In this document: positions 52,025 through 61,144 of the stretch, in pieces
Layout of the letters: each line of letters opens with the position of its first letter
Numbering within the stretch: position 1 is the stretch's first letter
Source: Candidatus Vogelbacteria bacterium
GTDB taxonomy: Bacteria; Patescibacteriota; Minisyncoccia; Phycocordibacterales; XYD1-FULL-46-19
DNA length: 64,000 nt
Reading direction: 5' to 3'
Assembly (NCBI GenBank): GCA_021414225.1
Contig: JAIOOX010000001.1
Location: 6,624 to 70,623 of the forward strand
Notes under the pieces: model-generated
Told to the model about the DNA's origin: nothing
The model's database searches: none
Seen by the model: the letters and a program-made list of their open reading frames with translations, nothing else
Position numbers and translations under genes: made by a program

Positions 52025-52468
52025 CTAAGTTTGACTTGGTGTAGTAATTTGTTCACTTAGAAAAAAGAACTCCTCCGGAACTTCGAAAATTACGCACCTG
52101 GCCTTACCTATGGAACCCAACCCCTGCAACCAGGCTTCGCCTGTGAGCCACTGATAGTCTTCAAGCCGTTTGAAACGGTAGGTGACAAGTCGTGGCACAC
52201 GTTCACACTGGGCCTCAAACTCAAGGGTGCCCGAATCGAGGTCCAAGAGGACTTTTTCGATAAAACAGACACCTCTCTCTTCACGCAATCTACCGGTAAT
52301 GGCACCCTCAGCACAAACTTCCAGGAGTCCACTGAAGTGATTACCCGCCAAATCAGGGTCAAGGATGTTACGCGGCCCCCCTTGACCTGAGTTGGCCAGA
52401 TCGATTTTTAATGCCCCAGGAACGAGAAAACCTTTCAAAAAGAAATATCGATTACCCAAATTTATCAC
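52025..52468 (-). CDS. Hypothetical protein, GC-rich, co-operonic and downstream of lexA (candidate SOS-induced effector)
   Basis: 147-aa ORF about 56 nt downstream of lexA, before the terminator. Local GC is clearly higher than the genome background. No confident family assignment. Confidence 0.5.
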   Translation of the reverse strand: MINLGNRYFFLKGFLVPGALKIDLANSGQGGPRNILDPDLAGNHFSGLLEVCAEGAITGRLREERGVCFIEKVLLDLDSGTLEFEAQCERVPRLVTYRFKRLEDYQWLTGEAWLQGLGSIGKARCVIFEVPEEFFFLSEQITTPSQT

Positions 52469-52527
52469 CCCCTTTCTAATGAGATGTTCGGTCTGAAAAC
52501 ATTACTACCAAAAACAGGTTAGAAAAG

Positions 52528-53094
52528 CTAGTACTTACGAATCACCCCTTTCACTACTCCACCAATCGTTAAGGATTGTTCTGGATAGATCGCTTTAAAA
52601 TCTTTGTTAGCTGGTTCGAGCCAGGATTTACCGTTTTTAGTTTTAAAATATTTCATCGTCCATTCGCCGTCCACCTCAGCTATGACAATATCACCATCAC
52701 TAGCTCTATTGGTCTTCTCGACAATCACCATATCACCATCAGCGATATGCGCGTCGATCATCGAGTTCCCATCTACCTCTAGTAGATAGGTTTTCTCTTT
52801 TTTCTCGATCATCAAATCATCCAGACTAATACTATCAAGCATCGCTTCCTCCGCCATCGCCGGAAAACCAGCAGTCACCGAACCAAGTAAAGGTACTTCG
52901 CCAAAAATTTTATTTGGCAACAACTTCCCTTGGTTATCTTTAGTTACTATCCCCGCTTCGATCAACTTCTCTACCAAGCGATAAGCCGCATTAGAAGATT
53001 TGAATTGTAGCAGTGTCGCTATCTCGCGATACGACGGCATGCGCTTGTGCGTCCGATAAAAGTCTAGAATTTTGTTTTTGTATTGTTCAAACAT
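52528..53094 (-). CDS. lexA: LexA repressor (S24 peptidase)
   Basis: N-terminal wHTH, an Ala-Gly cleavage site (VTAGFP), and a catalytic Ser (GNSM) and Lys (WTMKYF). Confidence 0.9.
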   Translation of the reverse strand: MFEQYKNKILDFYRTHKRMPSYREIATLLQFKSSNAAYRLVEKLIEAGIVTKDNQGKLLPNKIFGEVPLLGSVTAGFPAMAEEAMLDSISLDDLMIEKKEKTYLLEVDGNSMIDAHIADGDMVIVEKTNRASDGDIVIAEVDGEWTMKYFKTKNGKSWLEPANKDFKAIYPEQSLTIGGVVKGVIRKY

Positions 53095-53298
53095 TTAGAA
53101 TAAGAAAGTAGAGACTAAACGAAAAGCCCGTGGCCAAAAATAAGACTTGGTACTCATTCGTCTCATTTGGGTAAGTAGTTGGCGGTGGCGACGGGCGTCA
53201 TCGTGATAATCCAAACCAGTAATAATTTTAACGTCGATCTCTTTGTTAAGCTTGGAGAGCTCTCGCTCGATAGCTTGTCTGTATTGATTGTGATTCAT
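53095..53298 (-). CDS. Small hypothetical protein encoded immediately upstream of lexA
   Basis: 67-aa ORF from the internal ATG (MNHNQYRQAIERELSKL...). The longer ORF-track start would include the LexA box, so the shorter start is preferred. Confidence 0.4.
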   Translation of the reverse strand: MNHNQYRQAIERELSKLNKEIDVKIITGLDYHDDARRHRQLLTQMRRMSTKSYFWPRAFRLVSTFLF

Positions 53299-53336
53299 AG
53301 TGATAATAAAGGTTAAACTTAATATCACTAGTTTAA

Positions 53337-53352
53337 GTGAACAAACGTTCAC
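53337..53352 (-). promoter_or_regulatory. Candidate LexA operator (Cheo-box type GAAC-N4-GTTC)
   Basis: A perfect 16-bp palindrome GTGAACAAACGTTCAC lies about 40 nt upstream of the small-ORF/lexA operon, overlapping a TTGTTC -35-like element. Confidence 0.6.
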
Positions 53353-53376
53353 CGTCAATAATTTCCTTGGGGATAA

Positions 53377-55119
53377 CTAAACTCGCTCGCCTGTTTGCTC
53401 ACGCCACATCGCATAGTACAAACCTTTTTGCGCCACCAACTCTTCGTGAGTACCAGACTCACAAATCAACCCTTTCTCTAAAACATAAATCCGATCAGCG
53501 TGCATGATAGTCGACAAGCGGTGAGCAATCATGATCGACAAGTGTTCTTTGGTTAGGGATAACTCCCGGACAGTTTTAGTAATCTCTTCTTCGGTCAGCG
53601 AATCAAGGGCAGAGGTGGCTTCATCAAAAACTAGGATTGTCGGCTGACGCAGTAGAGCTCGAGCGATTGATAGTCGCTGTTTTTCACCACCAGAGACTTT
53701 CACCCCACCTTCCCCAATCAGAGTATCTATCCCCTTGTCTGCCCGAGCTAACAAATTCTGACAGGCACTTTTTTGGAGCACGGTCATTATCTCCTCATCG
53801 GTCGCTTTTGGATTCACAAACAGTAAGTTGTCTTTAATACTGCCAGCAAATAGTTGAGTGTCTTGGGTGACAAAACCAATTTGAGAACGGAACTCCGTGA
53901 AGTCTATTTCGCGTGAAGCAATATCGTTGTAATAAATTTCTCCACTATCCGACTGATACAAACCAACCAATAATTTCACCAGGCTAGTTTTACCCGAACC
54001 AGATGGTCCTACAAATGCAATGCTCTCACCTTTGGTCATACCAAAAGAAATATCTTTAAGGGCTTGATTGGTAGCTGATTGATAAGCAAAAGAAACATGG
54101 TCGAAAGTTAGTTTTTCAACTCGACCAAGCGGCTTAGGATTAGCTGGTACCACCTCTTTTGGTATTTCTAAAATTTCAGCAAACTTACGAAGTGATACTT
54201 CAGCTTCGCGATAACTGTTGATCACCCCTCCCATTTCTTGAAGCGGGTTAAAGACAAAGAAAGAATAGATGAAGAGTGAGAAGAATTCTCCAAACGTAAT
54301 AGTTTGGGTGTACATTAAATACAGCATGAAAAACAAAATCGAAGTCCGTAAAAAGTTAATCAAAGTTCCTTGAACAAAACTTAAACTGCGCACATAGCGT
54401 AACTTTTTTAGTTCTAGATCAAGAATTTTTTCCGTCGTCGTATTGAGACGATTGATCTCTTGATCCACCAAACCTAAACTTTTGACCAATTCAATATTAC
54501 GCAAAGACTCTGTCGTCGAACCAGCCAAGGCGGTCGTCTCTTTCATGATATCTTGTTGCACTACTTTCAACTTCCGACTCAGCACATAACTGATCCCTCC
54601 AATAATTGGGACAGTCAAAGCGTAGGCCAGGGCCACTCCCCAATAAATACTGATGGCGTAGATGGCGATAAAAGTGAACCCGATCAACGACACGAAAACA
54701 ATATTAATAATCGCAGCGATAAACTTTTCGACGTCGCCTCGCACTTTTTGGAGTAAACCTAAAGTCTCCCCACTACGCTGATCTTCAAATACCGAATAAG
54801 GTAGACCTAAAGTATGTTTGACCCCATCAGCATACAGCTCCGCTCCCACTCGTTGAGTGACAGTATTCAGGTAATAGTCCTGAAAATTTTTGGCGACTCG
54901 TGACACAAAAGCCACACCGATCATGGCCAACATTAACCATAACGCTCCTTGCAAAAACTCGGCCTTGGAATACTGGTCAAAATTGGTTGTGTAACCATCT
55001 ATCACGTGCCTAAAGATCAGTGGGTCAAGTAGTGAGAAAATCTGATTAATCGAGGCTAAGACTAAAACCCCCAAACACACTCGCCAATATTTTTTTAAAT
55101 AAGATAATAATAATTTCAT
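53377..55119 (-). CDS. ABC transporter, fused permease/ATP-binding exporter (MsbA-like)
   Basis: Six TM helices at the N-terminus. C-terminal NBD with Walker A GPSGSGKTS, signature LSGGEKQR and Walker B ILVFDEATS. Confidence 0.85.
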   Translation of the reverse strand: MKLLLSYLKKYWRVCLGVLVLASINQIFSLLDPLIFRHVIDGYTTNFDQYSKAEFLQGALWLMLAMIGVAFVSRVAKNFQDYYLNTVTQRVGAELYADGVKHTLGLPYSVFEDQRSGETLGLLQKVRGDVEKFIAAIINIVFVSLIGFTFIAIYAISIYWGVALAYALTVPIIGGISYVLSRKLKVVQQDIMKETTALAGSTTESLRNIELVKSLGLVDQEINRLNTTTEKILDLELKKLRYVRSLSFVQGTLINFLRTSILFFMLYLMYTQTITFGEFFSLFIYSFFVFNPLQEMGGVINSYREAEVSLRKFAEILEIPKEVVPANPKPLGRVEKLTFDHVSFAYQSATNQALKDISFGMTKGESIAFVGPSGSGKTSLVKLLVGLYQSDSGEIYYNDIASREIDFTEFRSQIGFVTQDTQLFAGSIKDNLLFVNPKATDEEIMTVLQKSACQNLLARADKGIDTLIGEGGVKVSGGEKQRLSIARALLRQPTILVFDEATSALDSLTEEEITKTVRELSLTKEHLSIMIAHRLSTIMHADRIYVLEKGLICESGTHEELVAQKGLYYAMWREQTGERV

Positions 55120-55122
55120 AGT

Positions 55123-55611
55123 TTAAATTTTTATTTGATCCATCCCTCGCCAAACATTGGAAGTGCCAATATCTTGATTGCCGGCGGATTTAACATACAA
55201 AAATAACTGCATTTTATACCCGGCCAGCATAGTTAGAACATTAAGTAAAAATAATCTCTTAGTTTGCTTAGTGCCAAACATTTCCACTTCTTGATCTAAA
55301 TCTTCATCCGTAAACCGATTTAGTAATTCTGTAGTTTCAGCCAAAGACTCGTTCATTCGTTCGTCAAAATTAGCTCGAGTAGTACTCTCTGATTTAGCGG
55401 TATAGGCTCCAAAAACTGAATAATCAACAAGTGATATCATCTTCAACATCGACGGTGTCATAATACTGAGATATTGTAACAACTCTAGCAGGCTTCTTTG
55501 TTTATCAGTTGGCTTGTAACCATCCACACCATCTGGAATCTTACTAGCCAGGTGTTTAATTACATTCACTTCATGACTAATAGCACCCAAAAAATGATCT
55601 TTACTATACAT
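55123..55611 (-). CDS. Hypothetical protein (possible DinB/YfiT-like helical bundle)
   Basis: 162 aa, predicted all-alpha. Weak resemblance only. Confidence 0.3.
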   Translation of the reverse strand: MYSKDHFLGAISHEVNVIKHLASKIPDGVDGYKPTDKQRSLLELLQYLSIMTPSMLKMISLVDYSVFGAYTAKSESTTRANFDERMNESLAETTELLNRFTDEDLDQEVEMFGTKQTKRLFLLNVLTMLAGYKMQLFLYVKSAGNQDIGTSNVWRGMDQIKI

Positions 55612-55674
55612 AATGATTGTTGGTTAACTTTTAAGTCATGGCAGTATATCAAACAGAGCTCTGTCGAGCTATTC

Positions 55675-56292
55675 TCATTTTTCCTTCGGCCACTCAACCA
55701 CCTCCGCCACCAACCTCTCTATCTTGTCAGCTAAACGCAATTTGGTTAAAACTGCTTTGGAAGCAATATTGTAATGTTTAATTTTGTCTAATTCCTCATC
55801 GATTCCCCACAAATCTTCCTCGGCTTGAGCCCAATCATCAGTGAAACTATTTAAATTAAGTGGCCGTGAATAACAACGCAAAGTTTTTACTCCGTCATAA
55901 GTGAAATACTCGTGAAAATAAGACATCACCAACTCTCGCACATTTTTATAAATTGGTTCTCGGTAACGTAAAACAGAGTGATTGGTTTTTGATAAAGCAC
56001 CCCACAAATTATCCACTTTAAATAAAGTAATCACGTGATCCAAATCATCAGCTGTGGTTTGAAGATGAAGCAAGAGTGGTTCATGCCCGTGTAGTGACAA
56101 AATATAAGCCCCTAGAATTGCCCCCTCAATACAGTGAGCGTTGTTTTCGCGGATCACTCGCACTGGAGACTTGATGACATCCTCACCATCAGGTTCAAAA
56201 TTAAATGGAATACTATTTAAAAAATCCTGAACCTTCGCTGGGGTGTTTAGTTTTTTAAGTAAATTGAGTTCAGCGGTGGTGAATTGAAGCAT
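55675..56292 (-). CDS. Hypothetical protein, possible transglutaminase-like Cys-His-Asp fold
   Basis: HCIEGAILGAYILSLHGHEPLL resembles the transglutaminase-core pattern C-x3-A-x-L-x2-A-x-x-R-x-x-G-x-P-A-R, with His/Asp downstream. Confidence 0.3.
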   Translation of the reverse strand: MLQFTTAELNLLKKLNTPAKVQDFLNSIPFNFEPDGEDVIKSPVRVIRENNAHCIEGAILGAYILSLHGHEPLLLHLQTTADDLDHVITLFKVDNLWGALSKTNHSVLRYREPIYKNVRELVMSYFHEYFTYDGVKTLRCYSRPLNLNSFTDDWAQAEEDLWGIDEELDKIKHYNIASKAVLTKLRLADKIERLVAEVVEWPKEK

Positions 56293-56301
56293 TGGTAGAT
56301 T

Positions 56302-56742
56302 TTAGACCTCTAACACATAACCAAATCCGTTTTCGGAAGGAGTCACTTTGGCATAGCGACTAAAAAGACGCACTCTGGCTAACCGTCTTTGCTCTTCCCT
56401 TTCTTCAAGGGCATCTTTTCCAGATGGAAAGAACCAAAACTTTTCAATCCCAGAATCTTCAGCCACCATCTTAATACATTTGGTTATATATTCCATATTA
56501 ACTCCCTCTAATCTATCAACTGGTTTATCGAAAGAGTTTTCGTTTAGTTGTGACGGATCAGCAAACGTTCCAAAAAGGATTTCTGGTAAATCTGGTTGAT
56601 TTTTCCCTGTTGTATCTATAGCAACTGCAACATTTTTAAAAAAATATATCACAACGCCTTCTTTGTGTTCGGTTTTTTCAAACGAAAAATTTTCAAGTTC
56701 ATTAGAACTTTCCTGGACTTGGTCAAATGATTGTCTTTCCAT
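56302..56742 (-). CDS. Hypothetical protein
   Basis: 146-aa ORF with no recognisable motif. Confidence 0.35.
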   Translation of the reverse strand: MERQSFDQVQESSNELENFSFEKTEHKEGVVIYFFKNVAVAIDTTGKNQPDLPEILFGTFADPSQLNENSFDKPVDRLEGVNMEYITKCIKMVAEDSGIEKFWFFPSGKDALEEREEQRRLARVRLFSRYAKVTPSENGFGYVLEV

Positions 56743-56862
56743 ATTTAAAATTATACCCCGGAGTGGACGAGATTAGAAATTGGGTGCCGTAGTGGATAAG
56801 GGCACACTTAGTTAGGAATGTATTTGAGAGAAGGGATAATACAACGATTTATATTCCCAGGC

Positions 56863-57624
56863 TCAGTTAGGCTTCTTCCTAGTCACAATGGTAGTCAACG
56901 GATAATGAAGAAAGAATTTACCCCCTTCTTCCTCGACACCCAACATCTCTTCCGCTCCACGTAAACATTCTTCAGGAGTTGTTTTTGTCATTGCGTGAAG
57001 CTTGTAGAGAAAAACACCAATATCTTCTTTTTTGTCAAAAACCCATTTGGCATCAAAATCATAAAATTCGGGTTTTTCAAATCCGTTCAAAAAACATAAC
57101 GTATCCGCATATTCTCGACTCCAAAAAGAAACTTCGTGACCGGTCACGCAATACTTAGCTACTCGATCATCAAAATGTTGGGCTAATACAGTTCCAGAAA
57201 AAACATCAGTGATAAGCATTCTAGCCCCAGGCTTTAAAGCACTAAAGAATCTTTTGAAACCTTCTGTTTTATCAAACAAATGATGTAGCGCTCCAAATGA
57301 CCAAATTGCATCTACTGAATTAGGTTGTATGGTTAACGTATCTCCTCCTTCACGTCGAATTTCAATATTACTTCTTTTCAATTGGAGTACACCATCTGAT
57401 TGATCTTCTGATGGATCAGTAACGATTACTTTACCGTTTGGAAGTACGGCATCGGCAATAGTTCCTGAAAAAACACCATTACCTGCACCGACTTCTAAAA
57501 TAACTTCCCCTGGTTGAGGGTTTAGAAATCGTCGCATTACTTCAATGTCCCCTTTTCGAGCGTTAGGAAATTCTAGTAAAGCTTCACCATATAATTGAGC
57601 TCGTATACCATCAAATTCTGCCAT
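56863..57624 (-). CDS. Class I SAM-dependent methyltransferase
   Basis: Motif I VLEVGAGNGVFSG, plus downstream motif II/III spacing. Confidence 0.7.
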   Translation of the reverse strand: MAEFDGIRAQLYGEALLEFPNARKGDIEVMRRFLNPQPGEVILEVGAGNGVFSGTIADAVLPNGKVIVTDPSEDQSDGVLQLKRSNIEIRREGGDTLTIQPNSVDAIWSFGALHHLFDKTEGFKRFFSALKPGARMLITDVFSGTVLAQHFDDRVAKYCVTGHEVSFWSREYADTLCFLNGFEKPEFYDFDAKWVFDKKEDIGVFLYKLHAMTKTTPEECLRGAEEMLGVEEEGGKFFLHYPLTTIVTRKKPN

Positions 57625-57723
57625 ATGGTTAAAACTCTACCAGGTTAGAAGTTAAAAGTCATTATATAAAACAAAAGCCGCTGGGCGAACCATACGGCAT
57701 TTGTCGTAAAGATCCTACGATTT

Positions 57724-58107
57724 TCACGACAACTTTCTCATCTTATCAATGAGAGACGATAAACCTAGCTCGCTAGCAGCACCTTCCGAATGTTTGTCCC
57801 GAAAGATAAGCCAGCAGTGAACATGTCCAACCCTCTGACCAGCTTCTTGTCCTTGGTTAAAACTCAGATTGAATGATCTTCCAGCTATTGTCTGGCCAAA
57901 GTGATCACTTAAAAGCTGCTGCGTGGCCCCGTGCCAATCAGACGGCAAATCGATGATCGACTCAACATGCTCTTTGGGAATAATCAGAAAACGATCATCG
58001 ATGACATTACCTCCTCCATCACAGGCGGCGACTAAATAAGCCATGTCATTTTGACACAAGGTTACCACCTTCCCATTCTCAACACAGAACGGACAGTCTT
58101 TTGGCAT
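57724..58107 (-). CDS. HIT-family (histidine triad) nucleotide hydrolase
   Basis: Histidine triad HVHCWLI (HxHxHxx) near the C-terminus. Confidence 0.7.
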   Translation of the reverse strand: MPKDCPFCVENGKVVTLCQNDMAYLVAACDGGGNVIDDRFLIIPKEHVESIIDLPSDWHGATQQLLSDHFGQTIAGRSFNLSFNQGQEAGQRVGHVHCWLIFRDKHSEGAASELGLSSLIDKMRKLS

Positions 58108-58311
58108 AAGAAAACCTCTTTTCTAAAGGATTTGGTTGTAGTTGGATGGTTCTTCTAGGTTAATTATTACAATATATTTAAATGATTGTCAACTTGGGTG
58201 CACTGCTCGCTTTTTGGAGAAGCTCCCAGCACACGCCAAAAATTAGAACTTGCCCTTCGATTACTCAGGACACTGGATTTTTATAGTCACTTCGTTCCTT
58301 AAAAATTCGTG

Positions 58312-58383
58312 GGTGCCTAGAGAGAATCGAACTCTCGATACCGGTTCCACAAACCGGAGTTTTGCCACTAAACTATAGGCACC
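58312..58383 (-). tRNA. tRNA-His (anticodon GTG)
   Basis: Cloverleaf with:
- anticodon loop TTGTGGA
- extra G-1 pairing with C73
- T-arm GAGAG/TTCGATT/CTCTC
CCA is not encoded. Confidence 0.8.
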
Positions 58384-58408
58384 ATATGTTTTTACTTTCG
58401 CCAAAAAG

Positions 58409-58963
58409 CTATTTATAGCTTGGCGGTTCCTCTGTTATACCAGATTTAGCATTACTAAGTCTAGCTAAAGCGTATAGAAGACTCGATAAACGATTTAGAT
58501 AAGGCAACGTAAATTCTCCTAATTTGACAGCTCCCTCTTCTGAGACACCCACCACCCGCCGCTCCGCCCGCCTAGCAATCGTTCGACCAATATCAAACAA
58601 GGCAGCTAATTCTGAACCACCGGAGACAAAGAAAGATGTGATCGGCGGTAATTCTTGTTCCATTCCGTCTACTAAAGTTTCTAAGCCTTTCACTTTCTCT
58701 TCAATAATATGTTTATCCGCTCCGGCCAACTCTGCCTGAATAATAAATAGATTATGTTGAACCTCGCCTACAATATCAGCAAAGGTTCTATCAGAAGCAA
58801 TCGTAAAATTTTGTTCAGCCGACTTAACTTTACACAAACCCAAGAAAGAATTTATTTCATCCAAAGTCCCTAAAGCTTCAGCAATAGCCGAACTTTTAGA
58901 AATTCTTTGATCACAACCAAAAGTTTTGGTTGTACCTTTGTCACCTTTTCGAGTATAGAGCAT
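58409..58963 (-). CDS. ATP:cob(I)alamin adenosyltransferase, PduO-type (MMAB family)
   Basis: YTRKGDKGTT...EALGTLDEINSFLG matches the PduO N-terminal signature. Start placed at the internal ATG. Confidence 0.7.
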   Translation of the reverse strand: MLYTRKGDKGTTKTFGCDQRISKSSAIAEALGTLDEINSFLGLCKVKSAEQNFTIASDRTFADIVGEVQHNLFIIQAELAGADKHIIEEKVKGLETLVDGMEQELPPITSFFVSGGSELAALFDIGRTIARRAERRVVGVSEEGAVKLGEFTLPYLNRLSSLLYALARLSNAKSGITEEPPSYK

Positions 58964-59009
58964 AAGAAAATAATTCGGGGGGCGCAAGTCTTAAAACTCA
59001 CGCCCCCCC

Positions 59010-59228
59010 CTAGAAGAATACATCTCTGGCGTTGGCCATTTGAGCTTCGGTACAGACCACCCAAGATTCACAACGCTCGTCGCTGGAACTAGATTCTACC
59101 GGGTACTGATCTCGCACCGCCTCTTCGGCTTCGGTCTTAGAATTAAAACATCCTTCAAGTTGGTACACCTCTGGCTGACCCTTGCCAGCAGGAGGGAAAA
59201 ATATAACATTATATTTTTCCTTTGGCAT
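59010..59228 (-). CDS. Hypothetical small protein (GC-rich patch)
   Basis: 72-aa ORF in a compositionally distinct segment. Confidence 0.35.
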   Translation of the reverse strand: MPKEKYNVIFFPPAGKGQPEVYQLEGCFNSKTEAEEAVRDQYPVESSSSDERCESWVVCTEAQMANARDVFF

Positions 59229-59293
59229 GGGAGACCTCCTTTCTATCTAATTATAGACGAAGCAGACACCCCGCACAAGCAAGTTGTGCGGGG

Positions 59294-59575
59294 CTAAAAA
59301 AAAGGAAAGAACATCTGGCGGGTCAGTTTGTGTTTAGGGGCTTCAGGTAACTTCTGGCGACCCCAAATTCTCACATACTCAACACTGTCCAGTGGTGAAG
59401 AAAGAAGCTCTCTGTGTTTTTTCTTAACAAAAGCACAAGCCTGCCTAGCTGAAAAAGCATAAACTTCCCTGATAAACTCCACAACCTTATCTGGGCGCTT
59501 ACCAAAAACATACCAGGTTTTCTTCTGTTTCCGTTTTTTCTTTTTGGCTTTTTTCTGTTTAGCCACAGGTATCAC
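59294..59575 (-). CDS. Hypothetical small basic protein (Lys-rich N-terminus)
   Basis: 93 aa, beginning MIPVAKQKKAKKKKRKQKKT. Same GC-rich patch. Confidence 0.35.
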   Translation of the reverse strand: MIPVAKQKKAKKKKRKQKKTWYVFGKRPDKVVEFIREVYAFSARQACAFVKKKHRELLSSPLDSVEYVRIWGRQKLPEAPKHKLTRQMFFPFF

Positions 59576-59622
59576 CCCCTTTCTATCTTTGACTTTACTC
59601 TCGGTAAATTAAAAATCAACTG

Positions 59623-59704
59623 TGCGCGGGGGGAGACTTGAACTCCCACGCCTTGCGGCACACGCACCTCAAGCGTGCTTGGCTACCAGTTACAACACCC
59701 GCGC
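59623..59704 (-). tRNA. tRNA-Leu (anticodon GAG), class II with a long variable arm
   Basis: 82 nt. Anticodon loop TTGAGGT, variable arm TGCCGCAAGGCGT, T-arm GGGAG/TTCAAGT/CTCCC, acceptor GCGCGGG/CCCGCGC. Confidence 0.8.
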
Positions 59705-59732
59705 ATAGGTCATATTATTGTCTGTCTCCATC

Positions 59733-59767
59733 AAAAAAACAAGCGGACAATTGTCCGCTTGTTTTTT
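59733..59767 (-). terminator. Rho-independent terminator after rplS
   Basis: aaaaaaacaagcggacaattgtccgcttgtttttt. Confidence 0.7.
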
Positions 59768-60266
59768 ATTTCTCTTCAGTGGTTTCTGCTGGCGTTTCTG
59801 TTTCTGGTATCTCTTCACCCGTTGCTTCGGCGACAGCTACCTCATTGGCGGCAGTGATCACCTCTTCGGGTGTAACGTACAATTCTTCATCTTCGTTAAC
59901 AGCCTTAACTCCTGTTTGTTTCATCCGACGACGAATCTCTTTAGCTGCTTTGTCACGGATATAATAAAGTTTAGCTTTGCGAACTTTAGAAGTTTTAACG
60001 ATTTCAATCTTATCAATATTAGGAGAATAGAGTGGGAAAATCTTTTCCATGCCCACCCCACTAGCTACCTTGCGAACAGTAAAAGTCGCCCCTGGTTCAA
60101 AACCATGTTTGCGAGCAATAACCAAACCTTCATAAGCTTGAAGACGGGTCTTGCCTTTTTCCTGAATTTTTTGCCAAACTCGCACTGTCGTACCAGGGCG
60201 AAGGTCAACTTTTTGACGCTTAACCATATCGACAGACGAAACTTTGAAGGCGGTAGCTAATGACAT
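59766..60266 (-). CDS. rplS: 50S ribosomal protein L19 with an acidic C-terminal extension
   Basis: The L19 core (RPGTTVRVWQKIQEKGKTRLQAYEGLVIARKH...) is followed by about 45 aa of acidic E/T-rich tail. Confidence 0.85.
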   Translation of the reverse strand: MSLATAFKVSSVDMVKRQKVDLRPGTTVRVWQKIQEKGKTRLQAYEGLVIARKHGFEPGATFTVRKVASGVGMEKIFPLYSPNIDKIEIVKTSKVRKAKLYYIRDKAAKEIRRRMKQTGVKAVNEDEELYVTPEEVITAANEVAVAEATGEEIPETETPAETTEEK

Positions 60267-60282
60267 AACAGTGAAGACATTA

Positions 60283-61026
60283 TCACAAACTGGCTAGGTA
60301 ATCAAGGGCAGAAGTGAAATCAGCCGGGGTTTCTGCCTCTAAATGAAAAACTTCCCCCTCTGGGCTCTTAAATTCCAAGATCTTAGCATGTAGAGCCTGG
60401 CGACCAAGTCCTGGTAAACACTCCCGACCGGGGGCATATAAGGAATCACAAACAATCGGATGACTGATAAACTTTAAATGCACCCTAATCTGATGAGTTC
60501 GCCCAGTCTCTGGTTTGACCTCCAAATAACTATACCCAGGAAATTGTTTAATCACTTGATAGTTCGTTTTAGCCTCCCGCAACTTACCCACCGCCTGTTT
60601 GTAGGCCGATCGGACCCGAGGATCTTTCCGACTACGACCAATTGCTGACTCTATGACCCCCTCTTCCTCTTTAAAGTTGCCATAAACCAGAGCTTGGTAG
60701 GTTTTTTTAATCTCGTGATTTTGAAAAGCTTCCTTTAACCAATCATAAGCTGACTGTTTTTTGGCAATCAATAAAATACCGCTAGTGTCTTTGTCTAGGC
60801 GATGAACAATACCCGGTCGATCAATTACTTCCCCGGAATCCAATTTCATTGACTCACCCACCCCTCGACACTCTGGATGGCACTTCAAAACCCAGTCGAC
60901 TAAAGTTTGATTAGAAGAGTGACTATCACCATGAACAGCTAAACCGGCCGGCTTATTAACAGCCAAGAAATCATCACCCTCATAAACAACAGGAATATTA
61001 ATCATCATGTCTTGATAAAATGACAC
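60283..61026 (-). CDS. RluA-family pseudouridine synthase
   Basis: Catalytic motif HRLDKDTSGILLIAKK. 247 aa. Confidence 0.8.
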   Translation of the reverse strand: MSFYQDMMINIPVVYEGDDFLAVNKPAGLAVHGDSHSSNQTLVDWVLKCHPECRGVGESMKLDSGEVIDRPGIVHRLDKDTSGILLIAKKQSAYDWLKEAFQNHEIKKTYQALVYGNFKEEEGVIESAIGRSRKDPRVRSAYKQAVGKLREAKTNYQVIKQFPGYSYLEVKPETGRTHQIRVHLKFISHPIVCDSLYAPGRECLPGLGRQALHAKILEFKSPEGEVFHLEAETPADFTSALDYLASL

Positions 61027-61064
61027 AAATACTGTATTGTAGCAATGTTTGCAACCAAATAGGC

Positions 61065-61140
61065 GGGCGATTAGCTCAGTTGGTAGAGCAACTCATTTAC
61101 ACTGAGAAGGTCAGGGGTTCGAGTCCCTTATCGCCCACCA
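61065..61140 (+). tRNA. tRNA-Val (anticodon TAC)
   Basis: GGGCGATTAGCTCAGTTGGTAGAGC..., anticodon loop TTTACAC, T-arm AGGGG/TTCGAGT/CCCTT, encoded CCA. Confidence 0.8.
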
Positions 61141-61144
61141 CAAA

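Noticed and set aside
52108-52362. 84-aa ORF in an alternative frame within the lexA-downstream gene
   Set aside because: It is nested within the longer 147-aa ORF on the same strand. The longer frame is preferred, though the true coding frame of this GC-rich segment needs confirmation.
59718-60260. 180-aa plus-strand ORF
   Set aside because: It completely overlaps rplS on the opposite strand and tRNA-Leu. It is an antisense artefact.
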